A stretch of 24,000 bases of DNA from Caulobacteraceae bacterium (GTDB lineage Bacteria > Bacillota > Clostridia > Lutisporales > Lutisporaceae), in contig JBLNDG010000132.1 in the NCBI GenBank assembly GCA_050261415.1, positions 21,050 through 45,049 of the forward strand, given 5' to 3'. Position 1 is the stretch's first letter. Each line of letters starts with the position of its first letter. The notes below the pieces were generated by a model that was given only the letters and a program-made list of their open reading frames with translations, was not told the origin of the DNA and ran no database searches. Of the stretch, positions 1 to 8,975 are shown in pieces. A program made the position numbers and the translations under genes.

Positions 1-260
1 CCGGAACCATCCAACAACTCCACATCAAGAGCATCATAGATACCTTCATCGTACAGGTCATAAATTCCATAGTACTGCCAATCTTCGACGTCGCTGGTTG
101 TAAGGGTCAGGTATATATAGTACTCACCGGATTCTTCAATTAAATAAGCGTTTTCGATCAGCTCGATTCCGTCTTCAATAGAATAGGAATCCACTGTCTG
201 TGTGAAAAAACCGCTGTCCTTATCTTTTTCCATCAGGACCAGGACATTATATTGTTCCAA
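1..260 (-). CDS. hypothetical protein (N-terminal part; ORF continues past the left window edge)
   Basis: Not in the supplied track. Reverse strand is stop-free from 260 to 1. TTG at 260..258 lies 6 nt after GGAGGTG (complement of 267..273). Product starts (M)EQYNVLVLMEKDKDSGFFTQTVDSYSIEDGIELIENAYLIEESGEYYIYLTL. Acidic, no motif I can name. Confidence 0.45.
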   Translation of the reverse strand, partial: MEQYNVLVLMEKDKDSGFFTQTVDSYSIEDGIELIENAYLIEESGEYYIYLTLTTSDVEDWQYYGIYDLYDEGIYDALDVELLDGS

Positions 261-406
261 AGCATTCACCTCCGATAATCTTCAGTACTGAAGCAAGCAC
301 CCGTTGCCCCGTTACAAGCAAAGTGTTATAATCCATAATGATATTTTAACCAAATGGATATAAGATTTACAAGTATATATTATAAAAACACGTAAGGAGC
401 TTTATT

Positions 407-1129
407 ATGATAATACAAAACAGGACGATAAATGGTGCTTTCAAAAAACGTCTGAACAGATTCGAAGGAATAGTTGTAATTGATGACAAAGAGGAGCTTG
501 TGCATATACCGAATACGGGAAGATGCAGGGAATTGCTTGTGGAAGGGGCAACAGTGATACTGGAAATAAGAGAGAAACCAAACAGGAAGACGCCATATGA
601 ACTAATTATGGTTTATAAAGGTGATATGCTGATATCAATAGACTCACAAGCCCCAAATAAAATAGTGGAGGAAGCTGTAAGAAGCGGAGCAATAAAAGAA
701 TTCAGAGGTTACCCGTATGTAAAGAGGGAAGCTGTCTATGGGAACAGCAGGTTTGACTTGATGCTTAAAAGAAATGAACATAGTAGTGAAGCTGATTCCT
801 GCTTTATTGAAGTAAAGGGAGTAACACTTGAATCCGGCGGAGTTGCCAAATTTCCTGACGCGCCTACAGAGAGGGGCGCAAAACATGTTAACGAGTTGGT
901 AAAAGCACGAAAAAACGGTTATCGTGCAGCTGTGGTATTTCTTATACAAATGGAGGCTGTTACTTTTTTTCGGCCTAATTGGGTCATGGATGAGGACTTT
1001 TCAAAAGCGTTGAGTAATGCGCATAAAGACGGAGTTGAGGTATATGCATACAACTGTATTGTGGCTAAGGGCGAAGTAGTGTTGAAGGCTGGAATACCAG
1101 TGGATTTAATAGATAGAAGAAGCAACTAG
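407..1129 (+). CDS. sfsA: sugar fermentation stimulation protein SfsA family
   Basis: 240 aa. RLNRFEGIVVIDDKEELVHIPNTGRCRELL near the N-terminus, then CFIEVKGVTL and FPDAPTERGAKH, match the SfsA signature as I remember it. AAGGAG lies 7 nt before the ATG. Confidence 0.9.
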   Translation: MIIQNRTINGAFKKRLNRFEGIVVIDDKEELVHIPNTGRCRELLVEGATVILEIREKPNRKTPYELIMVYKGDMLISIDSQAPNKIVEEAVRSGAIKEFRGYPYVKREAVYGNSRFDLMLKRNEHSSEADSCFIEVKGVTLESGGVAKFPDAPTERGAKHVNELVKARKNGYRAAVVFLIQMEAVTFFRPNWVMDEDFSKALSNAHKDGVEVYAYNCIVAKGEVVLKAGIPVDLIDRRSN

Positions 1130-1253
1130 GCGATAAAAGAAGAAGCTATTTTAATGTATATTGAAAAAAGGACAAATACAATGTGATAAACTGTACTATA
1201 GTTGAAAAATAATAAAAAATGAACTATTTTTGTCATTTTTCATATAATAAGTA

Positions 1254-1282
1254 TTGAAATGATAAATATCTAGTATTATAAT
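1254..1282 (+). promoter_or_regulatory. sigma-A type promoter of the M-box/corA leader
   Basis: TTGAAA (1254..1259), 17-nt spacer, TATAAT (1277..1282). Predicted start near 1289, just upstream of the riboswitch. Confidence 0.55.
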
Positions 1283-1296
1283 TATTATGACAAGAT

Positions 1297-1458
1297 ATTC
1301 TTCGTTAGGTGAGGCTCCTATACAGATATATGCTGCTGCCCGGAAACATCGAGAGATGCCAATGGGTCAACAGGTATTACCGAAATAAGGTTCTACTTAA
1401 TGTAGCTGGATGTAGGTGATCCAAAGCTGTATAGTGCCGAAGCTCTGCGAGTGAAGAA
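1297..1458 (+). promoter_or_regulatory. M-box (ykoK leader) Mg2+-sensing riboswitch aptamer
   Basis: TTCGTTAGGTGAGGCTCCT...GCTGCTGCCC...GAGAGATGCCAATGGGTCAACAG...TAAGGT...GTAGCTGGATG...ATAGTGCCGAAGCTCTGCGAGTGAAG is nearly collinear with the B. subtilis mgtE M-box as I recall it (UUCGUUAGGUGAGGCUCCU...GCUGCUGCCC...GACGCUAAUGGGUCAACAG...UAAGGU...GCAGCUGGAUG...ACAGUGCUAAAGCUCUACGAUUGAAG). It lies upstream of a Mg2+ channel gene. Confidence 0.92.
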
Positions 1459-1483
1459 GGAATAGTGTTTTTGTTATCTATTT

Positions 1484-1516
1484 TCCCTTTCACTCGTGTG
1501 GAAGGGATTTTGATTT
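1484..1516 (+). terminator. riboswitch expression platform: intrinsic terminator
   Basis: 10-bp stem 1484..1493 / 1498..1507 (one G-U), tetraloop TCGT, then TTTTGATTT. The left arm TTCACTCG (1489..1496) can alternatively pair with CGAGTGAA (1448..1455) at the 3' end of the aptamer, a classic terminator/antiterminator arrangement. Confidence 0.75.
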
Positions 1517-1544
1517 ATTATGAACAATTAAGGAGGTGGTTAGT

Positions 1545-1682
1545 ATGGACGCTGGCCCTGGTAGTAATAGTACGCGAAAAGTAAATAAAACGATTTTGTA
1601 TGGAAGGGTAGGTGTAAGTATTAACTCATCTCATTATATAACTGAATTTGATAAATTTGCAGAAATTACAAACAATATGTAA
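1545..1682 (+). CDS. unannotated 45-aa ORF between M-box terminator and corA
   Basis: Below the track length cut-off. ATG 1545 is preceded by AAGGAGGTGG (1530..1539, 5-nt spacer). Product MDAGPGSNSTRKVNKTILYGRVGVSINSSHYITEFDKFAEITNNM, stop TAA 1680..1682. No family recognised; coding status uncertain. Confidence 0.35.
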   Translation: MDAGPGSNSTRKVNKTILYGRVGVSINSSHYITEFDKFAEITNNM

Positions 1683-1764
1683 CATCGTATATTTATTTTA
1701 CAACGAACGCAGTAAGGAATTCATAATATTTGCAGCAGAATAGAAGGGAAAGAAGGTAATTGAA

Positions 1765-2697
1765 ATGATTGAAATATTCAAAACTATTGATGATAAGCTA
1801 ACCGCTTTAGATAACATAGAAGATGGTGCTTGGATAAACCTCATTAACCCGTCGGAGGCAGAAGTACAGCAAATAAGTGAAAAGTTGAAACTGGATCCTG
1901 ATTATATAAAGGCTGCCCTCGACGAGGAGGAAAGTTCTAGAATAGAGACAGATGAAGGAGTGACACTGATAGTAGTGGATATACCCTTGGCTGAAGCAAA
2001 TGGGATATCCAGCAAATATATAACTCTTCCTTTAGGCATAACAATTACTGAAAACAACATTATAACGGTATGCCTGAAAGAAAACCAGATAATAAAAGAC
2101 TTTATAGAAAAAAGGGTTAAAAGCTTCTATACTTTTAAAAAGACCAGATTCATCCTTCAGATTCTGTACAGAAATGCTACCAAGTACCTGCTGTATCTGA
2201 AGCAGATTGACAAGTTAAGTCATGCAATAGAAAATAAACTGCACAGGTCGACAAAAAATAAGGAACTGATACAATTGCTTGGCTTGGAAAAGAGCTTGGT
2301 TTACTTTTCAACATCTCTGAAAGCAAATGAAATTGTTCTGGAAAAGATGATGAGAACAGAAAATGTCAAGAGCTACCCGGATGATGAAGAGCTTCTTGAA
2401 GATACTATCATTGAAAACAAGCAGGCTATCGAAATGGCAAAAATCTATAGTGATATACTAAGCGGCACAATGGATGCTTTTGCTTCAGTCATATCCAACA
2501 ACCTGAACATTGTTATGAAGTTTTTAACATCGGTAACTATAGTAATGGCAATTCCTACAATGATTGCGAGCTTTTTCGGAATGAATGTTCATGTTCCCTT
2601 ACAGGATAACCCGATGGCGTTTCCAATAATTATCGCTATAGCAGTAGTTCTTTGCACTTGTGCAGCTATGTTTATGGCGAGGAGGAAGATGTTCTAA
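1765..2697 (+). CDS. corA: CorA-family magnesium/cobalt transport protein
   Basis: 310 aa. Cytoplasmic N-domain plus two C-terminal TM helices with the signature FFGMN (ASFFGMNVHVP). Sits downstream of an M-box. Confidence 0.9.
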   Translation: MIEIFKTIDDKLTALDNIEDGAWINLINPSEAEVQQISEKLKLDPDYIKAALDEEESSRIETDEGVTLIVVDIPLAEANGISSKYITLPLGITITENNIITVCLKENQIIKDFIEKRVKSFYTFKKTRFILQILYRNATKYLLYLKQIDKLSHAIENKLHRSTKNKELIQLLGLEKSLVYFSTSLKANEIVLEKMMRTENVKSYPDDEELLEDTIIENKQAIEMAKIYSDILSGTMDAFASVISNNLNIVMKFLTSVTIVMAIPTMIASFFGMNVHVPLQDNPMAFPIIIAIAVVLCTCAAMFMARRKMF

Positions 2698-2723
2698 CGG
2701 TATGGATTTGGAAAGTTTTAAAT

Positions 2724-2762
2724 AAAAGTCTGTATGAAATAAATTTCATACAGACTTTTTTA
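2724..2762. terminator. bidirectional intrinsic terminator between convergent corA and PBP genes
   Basis: Perfect 14-bp inverted repeat AGTCTGTATGAAAT (2727..2740) / ATTTCATACAGACT (2743..2756), flanked by an A-run on the left and TTTTT on the right. Confidence 0.85.
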
Positions 2763-4145
2763 TTCTATTATGGATACTGCCTTTCTAAGAACTCTTGAAG
2801 CTATTGGAGCTGCCGTACTTCCGCCGCTGCCTCCATGTTCAATGATAACTGCCACTGCGACCTTTGGATTGTCAGCAGGAGCAAAACCTACGAACCATGC
2901 ATGGGACTTTTCTCCGTTGCCTACTTCTGCAGTTCCTGTTTTACCGGCAATTTCTGTCTTGCTGGTTTTTGCTTTGGTACCAGTGCCGGATTTAACCACA
3001 TCAATCATCATATCCTTAATCTCAAGGGCAGTACTTTCATCCATTACCTGAGCCAGCTGTTTCGGCTTATATTCCTTTACAATTTTTCCGGAGCTGTCTA
3101 TTATACTGCTCACAGCGTATGGCTGCATCATAATTCCTTTATTTGCAATAGCAGAAACCATCAATGCAGCATGAAGGGGAGTCATAAGTACTTCGCCTTG
3201 TCCGATGGATTGCTGGGCTATGCTCTTCTTGTCAGTATTATTGGGGAACACACTTTGTGATACCTTGAGGTCAAAGGGTATACTCTTGTTGAACCTGAAT
3301 TTCGTAGATTCATTGTATAAATTGTCGTTGCCAAGTGCTAGGCCCTGTTTTATAAAGTATGAGTTGCAGGACTCAGCAAAAGCATCATGCAAGCTTATTT
3401 GTCCATGGACTTCACTGTTAAAATCTTTTATAACATAGCCTCCGATATTTACGCTCCCTGTACAATCAATTTCTGAACTGGCAAGGTTGTTTTTTAAAAT
3501 GGAGGACGATACAACAAGTTTAAAAATGGAACCAGGAGGGTATAAGCCCTCGACAGCTCTGTTCAGTAACGGGCTGGATTTGTCGTCTATAAGGCTTTCC
3601 CAGTCGTTCTGAACATTTGAAGGGTTAAAGTCCGGCTTGCTTGCCATAGCAAGTATCTCTCCCGTGTCAGGCCTTAGTACGACTATTGCTCCACGCTTTC
3701 CTCTTAGCTGATCCGATGCATAGGTTTGCAGAGATCTGTCGAGAGTGAGTTTTATATTATTTCCATTTATAGAATAATCGTTAATTTTACTTCTCAGAGT
3801 TTCCATGGTATCGCTGGAGTTCATAAGCTCCTTATTATAGAATGCCTCCAATCCGGAGGAACCGAGATTTTTACTTGAGTATCCGATTATGTGTGAAAAA
3901 TAACGGCCATATACATATTTCCTTTTTACTCCTGATTTGTATTTTGTACTTTTTACGAGGACCTCGCCGTTCCGGTCCTGTATACTCCCTCGTATAACAT
4001 TGGTGCTGGTTTCTCTAAGCCTTCTGTTGTATGAATTTGAAGAAATTGCCCGGGACTCGAATATGTTAAAATAAAGGAGGTAAAGACATACCAGCATAAA
4101 TAGTGTCAGGTATGCATATTTTATTAACTTTATCCTGTTCTTCAT
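2760..4145 (-). CDS. class B penicillin-binding protein (PBP2/SpoVD-like transpeptidase)
   Basis: N-terminal TM helix, then transpeptidase motifs SxxK (GSIFK), SxN (ESCNSY) and KTGT (AGKTGTAE). I prefer ATG 4145 (GAGGTG 6 nt upstream) over the track start 4154, which is a GTG inside that SD. Confidence 0.9.
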   Translation of the reverse strand: MKNRIKLIKYAYLTLFMLVCLYLLYFNIFESRAISSNSYNRRLRETSTNVIRGSIQDRNGEVLVKSTKYKSGVKRKYVYGRYFSHIIGYSSKNLGSSGLEAFYNKELMNSSDTMETLRSKINDYSINGNNIKLTLDRSLQTYASDQLRGKRGAIVVLRPDTGEILAMASKPDFNPSNVQNDWESLIDDKSSPLLNRAVEGLYPPGSIFKLVVSSSILKNNLASSEIDCTGSVNIGGYVIKDFNSEVHGQISLHDAFAESCNSYFIKQGLALGNDNLYNESTKFRFNKSIPFDLKVSQSVFPNNTDKKSIAQQSIGQGEVLMTPLHAALMVSAIANKGIMMQPYAVSSIIDSSGKIVKEYKPKQLAQVMDESTALEIKDMMIDVVKSGTGTKAKTSKTEIAGKTGTAEVGNGEKSHAWFVGFAPADNPKVAVAVIIEHGGSGGSTAAPIASRVLRKAVSIIE

Positions 4146-4150
4146 ATGAA

Positions 4151-5491
4151 TCACCTCAATTCGGCCGATGGTTGAGCATTTTCATGCTGTTCCTGTCTTT
4201 TTTCTTTTATATAGTACAGCAGCCCAACATTGATGAACTGTGAAAGCAATGAACTGCCTCCATAGCTAATTAAGGGGAGTGTGACACCGGTTATCGGTAT
4301 TATGTTCAGAACTCCGCAGACTATTATCAAGGTTTGTATTGCTGTCAGCGAGGTAAGCCCGAGTGCCGCATTGGAGTATATCTTATTACCGGCTTTAAAG
4401 CTGATATCCATGCTGATAAGCGTTAGAAGCGTATATATTGCCACCAGTGCCATAGCGCTCAGTATTCCCGTTTCTTCAGATATTGCAGAAAATATGAAAT
4501 CAGTGTGAACCGCAGGAATGTACTTGGGATCCCCGAGAAAAATCCCTGTTCCAATGAGTCCTCCGGAAGCAACGGCAAAAAGGGATTGAGTTATCTGGTA
4601 TGATTTTCCTGCAATATACTTCCATGGGTTGACCCATGCCAGTACCCTGTATTTGATATAGGAAAAGGTGAAATAGCTCACTAATCCTCCTAGAGCCGCA
4701 GCACAAGCAGATAATAAGGTATAGTAGCACTTTATGTCATTTGCAAGCAAAACTGTAAGGTAAGCAGTAAAGAATAAAAAGGCAGAACCCATGTCTCTTT
4801 GAAGAGCGAAGAATGCAACTACAGTAAGTACTGCCGCTGAAGTCCACATAAATCTCTTCAGGTCAAGGTCCTTGCTTAATATGCAGGAAATGAAGAACAC
4901 GAACAATATCTTTATAAACTCAGAAGGCTGTACTAAAGTGTAGTGCAGATTTATCCAGTTTTTTGAGCCGTTGATTTCGGTTCCAAATAATTGCGTGACT
5001 ATAAGCAGCGCAAGTATTAATCCCCAAAGGAGTATATAGTGCTTTTCTTTTATTTCCAGCAGCTTCATTGCAATTATTACTGCAAAGAAGACAAATATGC
5101 CCGCCAGGGCAAAATATGCCTGCTTTACCCCGTAATCCGGGCTTAACCTGTATAATATAAGCAGGCCTATGGACAGCAGGTGGAAAACAACATCAAAAAG
5201 CAGGAGGTCCTTCGTGGCAAGAAGCTTTCCGGTAATGAACCGTGAAAAGATATAAACCGCCAAAAGGCCGGAGCCTACATAAATTGCCCTGTAGTCAATA
5301 GGCTCATAATACGAAAGAAGTGCAAAGCCAGAGCCTACCAAAAGAATATTTAAAAAAGGTATTAAGTAACTTAAAAAACTTTTGCCTTTTAAATATACAA
5401 GATAGCAGGATATGCAGAAGGCTGACGTTATGAATATGTATACGAACCTATAAGTCCAGGATAATACTTCAAACATTTTATCACCAACCAA
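4151..5491 (-). CDS. SEDS-family peptidoglycan glycosyltransferase (RodA/FtsW/SpoVE type)
   Basis: 446-aa polytopic membrane protein. C-terminal GVTLPLISYGGSSLL is the FtsW/RodA/SpoVE hallmark. Tightly coupled to the downstream PBP gene. Start could also be ATG 5476. Confidence 0.9.
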   Translation of the reverse strand: MVGDKMFEVLSWTYRFVYIFITSAFCISCYLVYLKGKSFLSYLIPFLNILLVGSGFALLSYYEPIDYRAIYVGSGLLAVYIFSRFITGKLLATKDLLLFDVVFHLLSIGLLILYRLSPDYGVKQAYFALAGIFVFFAVIIAMKLLEIKEKHYILLWGLILALLIVTQLFGTEINGSKNWINLHYTLVQPSEFIKILFVFFISCILSKDLDLKRFMWTSAAVLTVVAFFALQRDMGSAFLFFTAYLTVLLANDIKCYYTLLSACAAALGGLVSYFTFSYIKYRVLAWVNPWKYIAGKSYQITQSLFAVASGGLIGTGIFLGDPKYIPAVHTDFIFSAISEETGILSAMALVAIYTLLTLISMDISFKAGNKIYSNAALGLTSLTAIQTLIIVCGVLNIIPITGVTLPLISYGGSSLLSQFINVGLLYYIKEKRQEQHENAQPSAELR

Positions 5492-5646
5492 TTTTGCATT
5501 TAATAAGTTAATAGTGCATGATACTAGTAGTTAAAGGTTAATACTTAAATTATACATTAAGATTCGCATATAGTAAAACTCATTACATTAGACGGAAATT
5601 TATGATAAAATATTTCAAGCAGAATATTTTTATAAAGGAGCATTAT

Positions 5647-6282
5647 ATGAAGTATAAATACATACTATTCGATCTGGATGGAACTCTGATTGACACAAAC
5701 AAGCTCATTTTAGATTCTTTCAAGCATACATACAGAAAGCATCTGGGCAGGGAAGTGGAAGAGGCGGAAATTCTGAAATATTTCGGAGAACCTCTTATTG
5801 ATACTCTCAGGCGGTATTCGGAAGAAAATGCCGAAGAGATGTTCAAAACCTATATTGAGTTTAACGAAGCCCAGCATGATTCCAGCGTATCCTTGTGCGG
5901 CAATATAAAGGAGCTGCTCAAAGAATTGAAAAAATCAGGATGCGTTATGGCAGTTGTTACATCAAAAAGAAGGAAAATCGCAGTCAGGGGCTTGGAGCTT
6001 TTTGATATCAGGAAGTATTTCGATTTGGAAGTAACACTGGAGGATACGGAACTGCACAAACCGAATCCGGCACCGGTTCTGAAGGCATTGGAGCTTTTGG
6101 GTTCAAAGCCGGAAGAGGCATTGATGATTGGTGACAGCATATTTGATATTCATTGCGCCCATGGAGCGGGAGTCAAGGCTGTACTTGTTAAGTGGAGTGC
6201 TGCCAAAGGGCATCAAGAAGAATCGGATGCGGCTGATTATGTGATAAATGAGACGTGTGAATTGGTCAATATAGTTAAGTAA
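5647..6282 (+). CDS. ppaX: HAD-superfamily phosphatase, PpaX-like pyrophosphatase
   Basis: [56 protein letters not shown] closely follow B. subtilis PpaX as I recall it ([20 protein letters not shown].HT ... [26 protein letters not shown]). Start moved to ATG 5647 (AAGGAG 7 nt upstream) from track start 5602. Confidence 0.8.
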   Translation: [211 protein letters not shown]

Positions 6283-6290
6283 CAAAGGAA

Positions 6291-6320
6291 GGGATGTGCG
6301 CAATGCACATCCCATTTTTA
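6291..6320. terminator. bidirectional intrinsic terminator
   Basis: GGGATGTGC (6291..6299) / GCACATCCC (6305..6313), then ATTTTTA. Lies between the convergent HAD and ABC permease genes. Confidence 0.8.
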
Positions 6321-6325
6321 ATATT

Positions 6326-7147
6326 TTATCTCATCTTTACAAATTTCTTTTCAATCCATGCAACTGTCAAGTACATTAATGCAGCTGCCGCTGCGAGTAT
6401 AAGCACGCTGGTCATAACAAGGTCCATCTTGAATACCTGCCCGCCATATATTATAAGGTATCCGAGTCCGGCTTTTGATACGAGAAACTCACCTACTATG
6501 ACCCCTACCAAAGACAGCCCCACATTTATCTTCAAGGTGGAGATTATTTCAGGTATGCTTGATGGCAGTATTACCTTTTTTAATATCTGAAGTTTGGTCG
6601 CTCCAAAGGTTTTCAGAAGTTTTATCTTGTCCTCGTCGCAGCTTTTGAAAGCCTGGTATACGTTCAATATGGTTACTATTATAGAAACCAATAATGCCAT
6701 TACTATTATGGAGCCTGTTGTGCCTCCTATCCATACCAGTATAATAGGACCAAGTGCGGTTTTGGGAAGCGCATTCAGCACAACAAGATAAGGATCAAGG
6801 ACTTTTGCTATGAATTTAGACCACCAAAGTATTACTGCTATTAGAGTGCCGAGAATTGTTCCGGACAGGAAGCCTACTATTGTTTCATATATGGTCACTC
6901 CGGTATGCAAGAACAGCGAACCGTCGCCGGAAAGGCTTACAATTGTCCTTATTACCCTTGAGGGCTGGCTCATAATGAAGGGGTCAATCCATTTCATACG
7001 GGCTGCTATTTCCCAAAGCGCGAAAAAGAGTACCAGAAGTATTATTCTTGATATAGTGACGGCATTTTTTGTCATATTCTCCCTTTTTATAAATTCAATA
7101 TGCTCTTCTGAGTGCTCGGCTGCAGGTAAAACGTATTCTTCAGACAT
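6326..7147 (-). CDS. ABC transporter permease, NitT/TauT (sulfonate/nitrate/taurine-type) family
   Basis: 273 aa, about 6 TM segments. ALPKTALGPIILVWIGGTTGSIIVMALL resembles the BPD-transport EAA-loop region of SsuC/TauC-type permeases. The start ATG overlaps the stop of the upstream ATPase remnant (ATGTCTGA). Confidence 0.85.
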   Translation of the reverse strand: MSEEYVLPAAEHSEEHIEFIKRENMTKNAVTISRIILLVLFFALWEIAARMKWIDPFIMSQPSRVIRTIVSLSGDGSLFLHTGVTIYETIVGFLSGTILGTLIAVILWWSKFIAKVLDPYLVVLNALPKTALGPIILVWIGGTTGSIIVMALLVSIIVTILNVYQAFKSCDEDKIKLLKTFGATKLQILKKVILPSSIPEIISTLKINVGLSLVGVIVGEFLVSKAGLGYLIIYGGQVFKMDLVMTSVLILAAAAALMYLTVAWIEKKFVKMR

Positions 7148-7334
7148 GCACGTCCAGCTCCTTCCATATTTTATTGAAATAGAACCTGAATTCTGGAGCT
7201 TCTCTGCATTTTATCGGTGTTTTGCATTCTGCTGTCAGCTGTATTTCATGCTCAGACCTCAATTCTGCAGGCCTTTTAGTCAGAACTATTACTCTGTCGG
7301 ACATAGAAACGGCTTCTGCAATGTCCACAATAAT
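7140..7334 (-). pseudogene. 3' remnant of the cognate ABC ATPase gene, truncated by prophage insertion
   Basis: Only the tail ...DIAEAVSMSDRVIVLTKRPAELRSEHEI... (compare SsuB-type ...[25 protein letters not shown]...) is present. There is no Walker A, Q-loop, signature or Walker B upstream. Similarity stops at about codon D (7325..7323). The rest of track ORF 7140..7379 reads into the recombinase gene end. Confidence 0.8.
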
Positions 7335-7347
7335 GCGATAATACCGC

Positions 7348-8961
7348 TTAAGCACCGTGGATGCTGATGTGGATGGCATTTCCGTCCCACGTTATTTTAC
7401 TCAGTATATTCTTGATATATTTCCTTTTTTCGTTTATACCCAGCTTGTCGAAAACTTCAGGAAAGTTTTTTATTGCCTGGTTAACCAGGTCTATATTCAT
7501 TTGCTCTATGTGATTACGTTCTCTCTCGCCCTTCAAGCGTTCAATCGAATACTTAAGTTCAGATGTCTTTTGATCAAGCTTCTCAATCTGGGATATTATG
7601 TACTTGGCAGCAGTGGAGTTTGAATTCTGAGATAGCTGTAATGTCAAGTTTTCAATGGCCTTTTCATTTTCTTCCAGCTCTTTATTAAATGTCTGCAGCT
7701 TTTTAGAATGGATTTTGTCCTGTTTGGCAGTTTTACTTTTGTTTTGGTTAAGAGCGTCAGAGAACTCTCCGGTACCGAGTGAAAGCTTCATAAGTTCATC
7801 CTTAACGAATTTGTCTGCATCCTTACCAACTACATTCTTGTTGGCACATCTTACACCATGGGACCTTTCCTTGGTAGTGCATATATAGTAATAATTTCGC
7901 TCCGGCTTTGTTCGCTTGCTGCCATAGCCCAAACGCATAAGGGCACCGCAATTGCATCTTATAAGGCCGGAAAGCAATCCGATTTTGCTTGTTTCATACC
8001 TGGGAGCTTTATCCTTGTTCTGTTCAATTATGTTCTGCACCCTTATCCAATCAGAACTGGGGATGATACCTTTATGCTTTGATATTGCAACTATCCACTC
8101 AGTCATGTTTTTAACACGGTTCCTTTTTCCTTTAACCTCCTGGGTCTTATTATAGGAAAGTACTCCATGAGAACCGTTGAATTCTTTTTTATCACTTGCT
8201 ATATCAACATTATTGCGTGAGAAATAGTCATAGAGAAGCTCATCAGCTACTGCATATACCGGGTTGGAAAGTATCATTTTAAGTGCGGATTTATCAAAGT
8301 AGTTTCCATTCTTACTCTTAACTCCATTTTCAGCGCACCAGATTTCAAGCTTGGATATGCTCCCGAGCCTGAGGTACTGGTTATATAGATTTCTGACCAG
8401 CTCCAGTTCTCCCGGAATACCGGTCAGTTTATACATTTTCTTTTCATTCATCTCGTTGTCATAATAGGGTACCGGCTCGCTTTTAAACCCGGTTGGCGTT
8501 TTGCCGCCGGTCCAGCGGCCGGCTCGGGCAAGCTGCAGCATATTATCTCTGATGCGCTCTGCAATTGTCTCACGTTCAAGCTGTGCGAATACAGAGGCAA
8601 TATACATCATAGCGCGACCAAGCGGGGTAGAAGTATCAAACTGCTCCCTAATTGATATAAAAGATATGTTGTATTCCTGGAGAGAGTTGATGAGGTTGGA
8701 GAAGTCGGAAATATTCCTGCTTATTCTGTCAAGGCGGTAGCAAACTATGGCATCGAACATATTTGCCTTGGCATCCTTGAGCATTTTCTGGAACTTCGGA
8801 CGGTCAACATTTCCCCCTGAGAAGCCTTCATCTTCATATACAAATGCTTCATCCACCTTGAAGTTCTTTTCGATATACTCACGGCACATAGTGATCTGGT
8901 TTTCGATGGACTCCCCTATGCCGGTAAATTTTGATTTACGACTGTATATTGCAAATTTCAT
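7348..8961 (-). CDS. large serine recombinase (prophage integrase)
   Basis: 537 aa. N-terminal resolvase domain (AIYSRKS ... YEDEGFSGGNVDRPKFQKML ... VCYRLDRISRN), recombinase domain, Cys-rich zinc-ribbon region (CNCGALM ... YYYICTTKERSHGVRCANK) and a C-terminal coiled coil. Confidence 0.95.
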   Translation of the reverse strand: MKFAIYSRKSKFTGIGESIENQITMCREYIEKNFKVDEAFVYEDEGFSGGNVDRPKFQKMLKDAKANMFDAIVCYRLDRISRNISDFSNLINSLQEYNISFISIREQFDTSTPLGRAMMYIASVFAQLERETIAERIRDNMLQLARAGRWTGGKTPTGFKSEPVPYYDNEMNEKKMYKLTGIPGELELVRNLYNQYLRLGSISKLEIWCAENGVKSKNGNYFDKSALKMILSNPVYAVADELLYDYFSRNNVDIASDKKEFNGSHGVLSYNKTQEVKGKRNRVKNMTEWIVAISKHKGIIPSSDWIRVQNIIEQNKDKAPRYETSKIGLLSGLIRCNCGALMRLGYGSKRTKPERNYYYICTTKERSHGVRCANKNVVGKDADKFVKDELMKLSLGTGEFSDALNQNKSKTAKQDKIHSKKLQTFNKELEENEKAIENLTLQLSQNSNSTAAKYIISQIEKLDQKTSELKYSIERLKGERERNHIEQMNIDLVNQAIKNFPEVFDKLGINEKRKYIKNILSKITWDGNAIHISIHGA

Positions 8962-8975
8962 AACTCAACCTCCGT

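Noticed and set aside
2770-3438. Plus-strand track ORFs 2770..3051, 2835..3260 and 3205..3438, antisense to the PBP gene. The same applies to 4281..4508, 4500..4730, 644..1125, 5643..6315, 6294..7367, 7357..9091, 10165..10898, 17518..17727, 18559..18897, 19105..19338, 20576..20923, 21244..21774, 22092..22286, 22487..22744, 22851..23069, 23500..23703 and 23773..23982.
   Set aside because: All lie inside, and antisense to or out of frame with, long ORFs that carry clear family motifs. They have no SD and odd composition (Cys/Phe/Leu/Ser-rich), so they are typical shadow ORFs.
7140-7379. 79-aa ORF as an intact small gene
   Set aside because: Its C-terminal two thirds are the tail of an ABC ATPase, and its N-terminus is read from the antisense or out-of-frame end of the integrase region. 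It is a chimeric pseudogene created by prophage insertion.
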